DNA of 64,000 bases, from NCBI GenBank assembly GCA_046563655.1, contig CM102285.1, positions 11,160,001 to 11,224,000 on the forward strand, written 5' to 3'. Position numbers and translations under genes: made by a program. Source of the DNA: Yuukianura sp. NJ FZ-2021. Lineage: Eukaryota. Shown in pieces: positions 53,601-64,000 of the stretch (its first letter is position 1; the number at the start of each line of letters is the position of its first letter). Under the pieces are notes generated by a model. It searched no databases. It saw only the letters and a program-made list of their open reading frames with translations, and was not told where the DNA came from.

Positions 53601-54420
53601 TTCATTGACACCGAGAAAGGACCTCCCAAGTTCTAGTTATTCTGGAAGCCATGTTCTGTGGCTTGTCGCTTGAAAAGATAGTACTTGGACAGGCGTGTGC
53701 TCTGAGACAATTTGAAGGGACTACTGGGCCCTTTAGAACAAAAGTCAAGAAAACCCGCCCCTCTATGTGCCCTTATGCAGATGTTTGACTGGCTGCATGT
53801 CAACCCGGGTCTTAGCGCTTGTTCAAACAGGACACAACCACATGCATGCTAATTCCTTGTTGGTTTTGTTCAAAACCCAAAATATTTCAAACAAGAAATA
53901 CCACAAGAACTGCGAACAATGAAACGAATCCTTTACAATTTTAGAAACTGCGGGGATCTAAACGTTTGAAAACTTTTTCAACTGGGAATTCTATAGCAAA
54001 GTATGTTCGGAATGAACTAGATCTCAGAATTTGGTTGGATCTCAAGCAAAGTCAGAAAAATACTTTCGGATAGTTGTGCATTCTTCTAATAAAAGAAAAT
54101 TAAGGAAATTGTGCTGACCTGAAACGGAGCTGGAAACAGTCGGATCAAAGGACGGCGCTGACTCCCGGGGTTCCATGACTTCTGCTCCAATGATTAACGT
54201 CCTGTGGATCTTGTTTCTTCAAAGTGTGCGGCATCAGTTTACACTAGGTCTTCGGACCATAGGTCTAAAGGTCAAGTTCAAACACTAAAACACTAACGAA
54301 TTCGGGCATCTTTAGAGTTACAAGGAGAAACAACCCTCAGTCATCTCCTCATCTCTGTCCAAGTTCACAATTTACGACTTTTCCCAAGAAGCCAAGATGC
54401 GGTTCTTGGAAAGGAACTTC

Positions 54421-54487
54421 AAAGTGTTGTCCAAAAAAGATGTTGAAAAGTGCTGTCCAAAAGTTTTTGGAAAGTGCTGTCCAAAAA
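54421..54487. repeat. Three direct copies of AAAGTG(C/T)TGTCCAAAA with short spacers
   Basis: aaagtgttgtccaaaa ... aaagtgctgtccaaaa ... aaagtgctgtccaaaa, read directly from the sequence. Confidence 0.85.
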
Positions 54488-55524
54488 ATATCTTGAAACG
54501 TGAAGTCCAATATGGCCGGAGTTGGAAGATGGTTGCGCGTTTCCTACGAAGATCATAATAATCGTAGTCCTGAATCTAATAATTTTAAAATAAAAATGCA
54601 ATTAGAACAAATTTAAGGCTCCAGGAACCTTTTATTAGTGTACAACTTATAAACAATTAATTCGTCGTTTGTAAATTGTAATCTAATACCCGGACTCTGG
54701 ATAAATTACTGGATCTAGAAATACTTGCTATGTGCAAACAATTCAATAAATCCTTAATTAACTTCGATTGTCACAATCGAATTTAATAATTTAAACTTCC
54801 AACATTGTATAATATAAGTTAGTTGTTTTAACAAATATTGTTTAACCGTATTAACTTGGAGTAACTTTTTAGAACACGTTTCGAATAGAACAAGCTTTCC
54901 ATTTGGATCTTAATTGCAATACTGATTTCTTACTTAAATTAGTTTCTTACTGACACAGCACTGAATAATTCAGATCGATAAGAGTTCACATTTCATGGCT
55001 GCAACCATTTTAAAATGGTTGTAACCGGCTCTTGAATGAGTTGAAAATTATAAATAAGTTTCTAACAAACTAAACGCATATGAAAAAAATAAATAAATAA
55101 ATAAACTTTGGACTAGAATTTAAGTTAGAATAACAAGTTGACCGTTTGTTGTAAATTATGGTTCGAAAATTATCGGTTGGCTTTGAAAACAAAGCTGGAA
55201 TACTTTAGTAATTAGTAAACTGTAAACCAGAAATCTTTGGTTCATGTTGAATTAACCTAAGATTTAAAGCTCTAGCACGGCGCATAATCGATTGATCTTA
55301 AATGATTGTCGAAAAGATTCGTCAGACACAAGTTAAGTGCTGATAATACCCATAATTCGAAGAAAATATAAATTAAGCAATCGACTGACTAACAATTTTG
55401 GCAAGTTCCATTTAGCTTGAGCTTCCAATTGTAAACAAAATTGTCACCCACCAACCCGTGGAAGAGCATACTGGAAGTTTTATCATAACTTTACGTTAAA
55501 ATACTGATGGTAACAACTTTACGG

Positions 55525-56571
55525 TTAGTGCTCCGCTGAAGAAGATTGTCCAAGGGACCTGGCCTTAAGTTCTCTGCTCCCATGCAATCCAGCACCATTC
55601 GTATAAGTTTTGCAAACGTTTCCAGCAGAAACAATAGGCAACAGTGGTGGTTGCACATACGGAGAGATTGAATTTGAAAGTTTCATACAATCTTCGAGAG
55701 TGTTGATGAATGTTTCACAAGTAGCAGAAAGCAACCCGGTACATTCGTCAAGTTTCTGTGAAGAAAGATCGTTTGAATTATCTCAAACACATTGACCTTT
55801 TGTAGTTAGCGCTTATAAGTAAAACAATCGCTCGAAGGAGAGCTTAGGGAAAGAAAGGAGAGCTTACGACAACGTCCGTAGTTTCGGCACTCGCAGCTTC
55901 CTTGATGGAATGTGCCAACTGCATGAGCAAATCACAATACAATCGGAGTTCCGATTTCTTCGTTTTAATTGCGTCTGGATTCGCAGAATCTATAAAATAA
56001 TTAACAAAGAATTGAATAGGCAGAATTACGTTTGTGGGAATAAAAGGGTGGCAATCGGTCAATCAAACTTAACTCACCAACCACTGATTTTCGAACCCCT
56101 GATTCAACACCATGAGCCTTCGCAGTACCAAGGGCAACTAACCACTGCTGCCTTTCCAGCGTACTGCTGGCTCTCACATACATATGTTGCTCCCCTGGTA
56201 TGACGATGTCAAGACGGAGGTTGTCAGTTGGATGGACTAAAAAGATGAGAAATCTTAGTTTAACCATGTCATATGTTGGCAGTTGACCATTGCAAATAAC
56301 TAACCATTGATATTACACGCAGAAAGGCATACGGACCCCTTACAACCTTGTGTGACCTCGTCCTCTGAGGTGTAATACGATAGAACACCATCGTCCAGAA
56401 TAAACCACCTTGGCTGCCAGCCTAATACAAAGAATCGTCTTCATCAGGCTCCATGTCATGTTTACGTTCTACAGTATCTGCATAAGTAGTTAATTTATCA
56501 ACATTCTCTGTTCTTTTTCTTTATAACTTACCCATCCAGTAGTTTGTCCATTTCCAAAGAATCCCTTTCAT
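55525..56571 (-). CDS. PLEKHA3: PH-domain protein, PLEKHA3/FAPP1-like (no GLTP domain), 222 aa. Exons 56571-56532, 56421-56305, 56236-56078, 55989-55868, 55755-55525.
   Basis: [30 protein letters not shown]...GCKGSVCLSACNINVHPTDNLRLDIVIPGEQHMYVRASSTLERQQWLVALGTAK is a FAPP-type PH domain. It is followed by the conserved KTKKSELRLYCDLLMQ and LLSATCETFINTLEDCM segments. 669 nt in frame. Confidence 0.9.
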
Positions 56572-57349
56572 TTTAAGTATCTGAATTGAGAACCCGACGT
56601 ATGAATAGACAAAAACGGAGAGACACACAATATCCGCAAATTAGCGTTTAAATGATAAGTCTGAGTTCAGTGATCCAGATCTTTGATCTTGTACTGTAAA
56701 CTGTTTAATTTAATCACTAAATAAACACGTCTACAAACTAATTAAAAAATTTAATCTTTTCGCGAACTGTCATTTCAAAAAAAAACTTCCGAATCTTAAC
56801 ACAACCTCAATCACCCAAATTTCACATATGGGCAGAAAAATGGGAAGTCATACGAGACAAATTATTGCACAATTAAAATGGAACTTTAGCAGACTGTAAT
56901 GGATGTTCTCTGCAACTTATGCATCATAACTGCCTAAATTAAATATAATAAGTTTTGGAATAATTAAATAAGTTCATAAAAACTTTAATTAAGTACCATT
57001 TTTTCTGAGTTTACTAAATATTACAAATGACACAAAATTGACATGATTATTTAAATACTCAACACTGGAGGGTGCAGGGGAAGCTGTTTAGATATCCGTG
57101 TTTCATGAGAGTGCAACCGTGTGAACATATGATGACGTAAACTTCGCGTAACGGTAAAGAGCGTGCAAATTGTGAAAACAACTTCATTTATCTGTAAAAG
57201 GTTACGGCAGGTCAAGCGACACGACAACACGGAGGACATTCGAGAAGCGGAACAGCTGTTGGGTCAACTCATTGTTGTAAGTTCGTAATACAAGGTCAGC
57301 AATAGGAAAATTGGTTTGGTATTTATCATTTGTTTTATTTCCAGTGAAA
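56572..57349. promoter_or_regulatory. Head-to-head intergenic region (probable bidirectional promoter plus 5' UTRs) between the PLEKHA3-like and GlnRS genes
   Basis: Divergent ATGs separated by 778 nt. A splice acceptor TTTTATTTCCAG ends at 57344, just before the GlnRS ATG, implying a non-coding first exon. The TSSs cannot be determined. Confidence 0.55.
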
Positions 57350-59641
57350 ATGGAAGACGGAAAAACCGGTGAAGATATGTACAGCGAGCGGCTAAGGAAA
57401 ATGCCGTTACATAAACCCGGTGAAAATCATACCATGGATGGGTATCCCCAATCGGAGAAAGTTCTGAAACTTTTGGATGACCATGCAAAAAGGACTAACA
57501 AACAGGTAAAGAAAATGGTTTCGCAACATAGTAGAGTAGATTACATCATTCTTTAATTTTATGTTGATGATGCTTTACTAGGTCAGAACAAGATTTCCAC
57601 CAGAGCCGAATGGAATTCTGCACATTGGTCATGCAAAAGCAATCAACATCAATTTTGGTTATGCAAGGGTGAATGATGGAATCTGCTTTCTGAGATACGA
57701 TGATACGAATCCTGAAAAGGAAGAAGAACGTTTCTTCAAAAGTATTCTTGAAATGGTGAATTGGCTAGGCAAGTAACGTTTGTAATTGAAGGAAACAAGT
57801 CCATGATCTATCTATTCAATGGCAGGATTAAGACATTAAATTGTTATTTTTCAGGTTACACGCCTTACAAAGTGACCCACGCTTCGGATCACTTCGATCA
57901 ACTGTACGAATGGGCTCTTGTATTAATCAAAAAAGGGCTTGCGTACGTGTGTCACCAAAAACCAGAAGAATTGAAAGGATTTAATCCTCCGCCATCGCCA
58001 TGGAGGGAAAGACCAATAGCTGAAAGCTATCAACTTTTTGAAGTGAGTTAGCAATGGACTGGAGAAAGACTTCCAATTTTGAAAACTTAATTTTGTTAAC
58101 TGATTATAGGATATGAAGAATGGAAAGTTCGCTGAAGGCGAGGCTACTCTACGAATGAAAATTACACTGGAGGAAGGGAAACAGGATCCCGTGGCTTATA
58201 GGTAAAATAAATCTTACGAAGCGCTTCGTTTCTAAATATCTACCTGACCTGTAACCTGCATTTGACAGGGTTAAATTCCTCCCCCATGCGAAGGCTGGCG
58301 ACAAATGGTGCATTTATCCAACCTATGACTTCACACACTGTCTATGTGATTCCATAGAAGACATCACTCATTCTCTTTGTACCAAGGAATTCCAGAATCG
58401 TCGATCTTCGTACTATTGGCTATGTGAAGCTGTGGATACTTATGTTCCAGTTCAGTGGGAATATGGACGTCTCAATGTCAACTACACAGTTGTGTCCAAG
58501 CGGAAGATCGCCAAACTTATTGAGGAGAAAATTGTGAAGGGTAAATACAGTTACGCCTTATTGAAATTTTAGTGTTCTAAGTTAATCATATGAACTCTCT
58601 TATTTTACAGATTGGGATGATCCAAGGCTGTTTACGCTTCCAGCTTTACGTCGTCGTGGGTTCCCACCTCAAGCTATCAATGAATTTTGTATTCGCATGG
58701 GAATCACCGGTGCCCAGATTACAGTGGATCCAGGAATGTTAGAAGCCTGTGTTCGAGATTATCTTAATGTCAACGCCCCTCGGACTATGGTTGTAATTCA
58801 TCCTCTTCGTGTTGTCATCGAAAATCCAGAAGATCTTCCCCAGACGATCACAATTCCTGACTTTCCTGTAAATCCTACCACTTCTCCGACTCATCAAATC
58901 GCTTTTGACAAGGTCATTTACATCGAACAAGAAGATTTCAAAGAGGTAACTCTGTCTTTAGACAAATCTTGACCGTCTATAAATTCGTCGAATTCAACTA
59001 AACATAATTTTCAGAAATCCAACAAAGGATACAAGCGATTTGCCGTGGACCAATCTGTAGGCCTCCGGTACGCGAATCTCGTCTTGACTTGCACTGAAGT
59101 CGTGAAAGACGGGGAAGAAATCAAGGAACTCCGCGTCAAGTGTGCCAATGTCAATGCAGTTCCAAAACCAAAAGGATTCATTCACTGGGTCGCAAAACCG
59201 ATTAATTTGGAAGTTCGTCAATATGAACGCCTGTGAGAACCGCATCGCGTGAAAACGTATTAGATAAGAGTTGCTGTATTTTCACTTTATCATTCCTTTA
59301 CTTTTAAAGATTCAAGCACAAAAATCCTGAAGACAAGGCCGAAGTTCCGGGTGGATTTTTATCGGATTGCAATTTGGAAAGTCTAAAAGTTGAAAAAGCC
59401 TACGGAGACGCGTACCTCAAAGATGCACAAGTTTTTACTCAGTATCAATTCGAACGCTTGGGTTATTATTCAGTTGATCCAGATTCAAAACCGTCCGAGG
59501 TAACTTTCTAAATATTTGCATATTAGCGTTAATTTTCACCGCGAGTGATTTTTTTTTGAAAATTCTAAATTCGCTTTGTTTCATTTCTAGATCGTTTTCA
59601 ACTGCACAGTCTCTCTGAAGGAAGATCCTGGAAAAAATTGA
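57350..59641 (+). CDS. QARS: Glutaminyl-tRNA synthetase, 562 aa, lacking the eukaryotic N-terminal domain. Exons 57350-57505, 57582-57768, 57855-58042, 58110-58201, 58269-58540, 58611-58945, 59015-59232, 59310-59499, 59591-59641.
   Basis: Motifs [20 protein letters not shown] (HIGH), [42 protein letters not shown] (KMSKS equivalent), [26 protein letters not shown] and terminal LKEDPGKN. 1689 nt in frame; AATAAA at 59691-59696. Confidence 0.96.
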
Positions 59642-60135
59642 CAACATCGATTTAGCAAATCCAGAAAATTAAGATCTTCTTAATTCATGAAATAAATTCA
59701 AAAACTCACTTGGTATTTTCTGTTGTATTTCTTCACGAATTCTGCTGCTAACAACATGCTCAGGTGAAATATTTTGTAATTTAAATGTCTTTTGTGTTTC
59801 TAAGAGGGTGTTAGGGTGGACGCTCGTGTTATGGCATCCTGTTTGCGAGTTTTGTGGTATGAATCACTCTTTTTCTGTTGTAATACTTTGGTGCTGCATC
59901 TTCTGTACATGCATTGTTGTGTATTTCTGTTGACTATAGTGAAATATAGACAAAAGGTGGGGTTCTGTAGGTAGTTCATCGATTCGGATTGAATTCAAAA
60001 TCAGGTTTATTTTAAATTGAATTGAAATTGAAAGTCGATTAAATAATCCATCCTGACCTGGATATGTAGCGTTTTCTGACACCAAAATTTAATACTTTTT
60101 TTATGTGACCGACGTCAAAGCGAGGAAGAATCAGA

Positions 60136-60815
60136 ATGAAAATTTTATTTTTCGTTTTGTTTTCATTCACATTAGGTGAGAATATTTATTATATTAAACT
60201 AATTCTAAAATTAATTAATTCCAATAAACTAATTATGTTATTTTTCAGAAACGGTGAAAGCCTTGGAATGTTATGTCTGTACAAAACAGGAAGGGAACGT
60301 GGAAAAGTGCCTATCAACTGTAAAGACGTGCAAAGAGGAAGAAAACGTGTGTCAAACTGAACTGCGGTGGGGCAGTAAGTTGACGCTGAAGAAAATCAAA
60401 CTGCGTTTTAATCGTTCGTTTAGTTAAATTGAAGTTTTAACTTTCACTGATGCTGTTTTCAGGTACGCCATATTGGAATCAAGTAGCAGAGAAACAATAC
60501 TATGTGACCAAACGATGTGCCAAAGCTGATGACTGTGCCCATCGGACGCAACAGTTCATGATTCACTGTCACCGAATTTGGTATGAGGACTGGAAGTGTG
60601 CTGAATGCTGTCAGGGCGATCGATGCAATTACTACATAATGGTGAGCCAATCAGCGTTATTCCGAAATTTCAATATCTGTATCAATTTGTATTCAATCCG
60701 AAATTTGGTCGCAGTATTCTTAAATTTCAATTCATTTTAGATGGGAAGCAGCAATTTAAAGATGTGTTGGCCTCTTCTTCTATTTCCGTTAGCAATTCTC
60801 TGGTTTCAAAAATGA
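60136..60815 (+). CDS. cold: Ly6/uPAR three-finger GPI-anchored protein, coiled-like (septate junction), 139 aa. Exons 60136-60175, 60249-60374, 60463-60641, 60741-60815.
   Basis: Signal peptide MKILFFVLFSFTLETVKA. Domain LECYVCTKQEGNVEKCLSTVKTC...ELRWGSTPYW...KQYYVTKRC...CHRIWYEDWKCAECCQGDRCN, with a CCxxDxCN end and a hydrophobic C-terminal GPI signal. Closely resembles Drosophila Coiled as I recall it. Confidence 0.88.
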
Positions 60816-61962
60816 CCAAGACAATCTCTTCCATAAGTCATCACTTGACCTCTGACCCAGCAATCTACTTGAAAACACCGACAACGACAACACTGGATTT
60901 TGACATGACATTGCCAGAAGTGCTGAAAATAACATTCTCGTGAGCATTACATCCGTCCATATTCCTTTACTTTAGTAATTAGTTTAAATCTTAGTTCCGC
61001 AAAGTTGATGTGAATTTACCTTGTCCTTAGCATATGAATCTCCAATCCGAGTGAGCGAATCATGATTGTTACTGCTACTAATTCTAATTTTAGTTTTACT
61101 TTTACAACTAGAAGTAAGATGCTACTTTACTGCCATTTTTGCAAAATATATTATAGAATTACCATGATACGTAGAATTCATCAGCTCAATATGAATCCTA
61201 CTGTCCTATACTCTTATTCTGGTTCGTTACTTTGGCTAGAAACTATTTCTGTTGTCCAAAACAGGCGTAAATATGTCCAAAGTCATTGAATTTCTCTCAG
61301 CAGAGTCCTTCCGCTGACTTTCCCTAGTGACTTTCACTCAAGGAATTCTTTGGACAAGTGTCCACTCAACTGTCACGACCAGAACCAGCATTTTTACAGG
61401 ACGATAGCTGCGTTAGTCCAATATTTTCAATCTTGACTTTCTCCAAGGGGAAAGTCAAGGAGCCAAGTGTCACCGGACCCCCATGATTGAAATTGACATG
61501 AAATTTTGGGAACGGAAACACGAAAGGCGAAAGGTCAAATTTTTGGATAGTACTATTGAAAGTCCCGTCTGCTTATTCTGCGTGTCTCTTCACATATCAT
61601 TCCTGTCACCCTCGAAATAGAATTCCTTTGACATTGGTGTTAGATTAGAAGGCAAGCGAGGAAAATTTTGGGAAGAAAAGGCCTTTCCCTGCGTCTTCTA
61701 GCTGGATGTGTGGCTCCTTAGGGGTCTGTCGAGATCAGGAGAAAGTCGGAGGATGCATTCAGTGACTTGGGCCAGATCAGGAAGGATCTCTGTCGTCTAT
61801 CTGCCCAGGAGTAACATCACTTTGACACAAACAGAAGCTTACAGTCAAGGATTTGTACGCAGGAGACGTTAAGACGCGGGCTGTAAGCAGACACTTCGGG
61901 ATCAAGTATCAAAACAAAAGGGAGTAACTACGTAGTCTACTTTCTCTACTTTCACTGACAGC

Positions 61963-62050
61963 ATGGACTTCAAAATGAAGCAATTGACCCAAACATCAGC
62001 ACACGTCTTGCTATTGCTCCTAGTCTTCTTCATATGCTTCATTTCCTTTG
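61963..62050 (+). CDS. Probable first coding exon (signal peptide) of a secreted or membrane protein; the remainder was not identified in the window
   Basis: Pyrimidine-rich acceptor TTTCTCTACTTTCACTGACAG ends at 61961 and the ATG is at 61963. Translation MDFKMKQLTQTSAHVLLLLLVFFICFISF has a basic n-region and a hydrophobic core, followed by a strong phase-1 donor G|GTAAGT. Confidence 0.55.
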
Positions 62051-64000
62051 GTAAGTTCTTTCTACAAAAATTTCCTTGTGTAACGTTTAAAGATTTAAAG
62101 TTTTTGCACTCATCAGTTTCTGGAACCACGAAATCTTATATGAATTTTCCAAAATGCTACTGGAACAGCTTTGTTTTTGAGCGTAGCGGATCTGCTCTGT
62201 TGTTAGCAATTCATTAGAAATCTTGCCTTGCATACCAAGTCATGAACTGAGAGTTTTCACCTTTTAAACTTTGTCTGTTATTTTCAAGTTTTGTGCTTTT
62301 CATGTTCATCTTACAAGGAGTCGAGTAAAAGTTTTGGATGAACCGTGAAAGTCTCCATGGAATGACACGTGAAGAGGTTATTTCTGAAGAAGAGCAGGAA
62401 AGACCCGTTTTCCAGGAATGATCAGACACAGTGAAAGTAGAAAGTTCAGAATTCATGGGTAGTGCAGGGAGGATCTTTAGGAATAACAGACTTCATTTCG
62501 TTGTTTTGCTAGGGTTTATCGTAACATAGGTTAGGTTAAGGTGTAGACTTTGTTTTCACTTCTGTATTTTCTTTTGCCAGGTTCAGGTTCGTCGGACTCA
62601 TAAGTATCCGCAATTGGATTTGGGAAATATATGGAATGACTCAGGGCAAAAAAGTTAGTAAGGTCCTTACGGTTCCTTTCACCCTAACCAAAAAACCGTA
62701 TGAAGAAAGTCACTGAAACCCTAACTGAAACTAACTTTAAGAGAAAAGTGGAAGAACTAATTCATAATCTTATTCCCTCGAGAAGACAGTTTCCCTTTGG
62801 CCGAAAATGTTTTTATGAAGGCAATTTCCTATCATTTGAACCCAAACCAGTGCCAAAATCTTTTAGGATTCTGTTCCTGGACCTTCATAAATAATAGAAC
62901 GGAAAATGTGATTGCTTTTTCTTCATCTTCCTCTTTCCAACGTTGAGTAAAGTTAGTTTAAGGGAGCTTCGTGTGTGGTTGGAGGCGAAAGTAGTAGTGA
63001 AAGTCGTGCGGTTCAGAAAATGCTACGAGGGAAAGGAGAGACATGATTTTCTGATAATAAAAGTAATTAAATGTAGAAAATGGTGTTGCTTTTCCGGTGC
63101 GTCATTGACGTCAATTACGTGCTTCAGGAGAGAGAAGAAGATTTTAGAAAGTCGTTTGGCCTAAGGGCTCGGAAGTGTCACGGGTCAATGAAAATGAGTG
63201 AGAGGGAGAGAAAATGCTTTTGGTTTCAACTGTAGTATTTGTACAAAAAGTGGGTTCGATTCAAGCACTGACTGTGGTTTAATGCTGGTGACTTATGCAA
63301 ACTACAGTGAAAGGAACGATGTGATGGCAGGGAGCTTCAGTGCCTTGTCATTTCCTTGTCAAAACAAATTTATTAGAAAGCACGAGGTTCTCAAAATTAA
63401 ATTAACATTTTGGTTATAACCAAAACTTAGAGTATAATGAACTCAACTTTCCTGTGTTTTCGCAAACTTTGTTGGAAGGAGTGTGACACGTTTTCAGAAA
63501 CTTGAAACTCTTCATGACTTCATGTTATTCATTTATGAAACTAATTTAGTTTCATATAGCTCATACGTTTTGAGGAAAAAAGTGTCAACTTTCTCCCATA
63601 GGATGAGATGGTTAGAAAAAATTCAAATAATTCTCTGCATTGCCCTGATCAAGTTTAAGAAAAATTGACACAAATTTGCTTTTCCCAAAACTTTAGGGTT
63701 TTAAATGATAATTTAAATGATAGCATTTTAAATTTAAAAAAAGCAGAAAATATGAAAAATAATTCCGACAACAGCACGAAAGTAGAAAAAAATAGTTTTC
63801 ATCTTGAAATAAAGTTGGACGTCGTTAAAAAAAAAATTTTTTATTAGTTATAGCTTTAGAAGCAAAAAATAATTTTTCCTCGAAGAATAATTTTTTTTTC
63901 TAAACGGCTTCAAACTTCTGCAAAAGTGAAATTCCAAAATTCGGTTTTCTAAAATGTGTTTTTGTCGCTTTCTCCTTGTTCTAAGTATTGTAAAAAGCAA

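Noticed and set aside
54421..54487. CRISPR-like repeat-spacer array
   Set aside because: Eukaryotic context, only three 16-bp repeats with 7-11 nt spacers, and no cas genes.
57105..57140. Upstream ATGs as a mitochondrial-targeting or NTD extension of GlnRS
   Set aside because: The frame closes after 11 codons (…ATG ATG ACG TAA), and no in-frame splice to the 57344 acceptor is evident.
63250..63270. GGTTCGATTC resembling a tRNA T-loop/B box
   Set aside because: No T-stem, acceptor stem or cloverleaf around it.

Overview
This is eukaryotic, intron-containing, AT-rich DNA from an arthropod. That call rests on the coiled and btd-like genes; the exact lineage cannot be fixed from sequence alone. 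Left to right: (1) the 5' three coding exons of OLA1 (Obg-like ATPase, minus strand, running off the left edge); (2) a ~52 kb largely non-coding domain with two tandem minus-strand Sp-family zinc-finger genes, Sp6-9 and Sp5/buttonhead, plus a ~210 bp MITE and a 5'-truncated LINE; (3) a compact block with a PLEKHA3/FAPP1-like PH-domain gene (minus), a head-to-head glutaminyl-tRNA synthetase (plus), a coiled-like Ly6 gene (plus) and an isolated signal-peptide exon. The most notable observations are four. An OLA1 intron carries two complete splice-site pairs (AT-AC and GT-AG) offset by 4 nt, encoding ESR versus ENK. The GlnRS lacks the eukaryotic N-terminal domain. The OLA1/Sp6-9/Sp5/PLEKHA3 linkage mirrors human 2q31. 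A dense AAGGG(N)CCCTT palindrome cluster lies upstream of Sp5/btd. Exon boundaries were derived by hand from splice signals and reading frame; no database searches were run.
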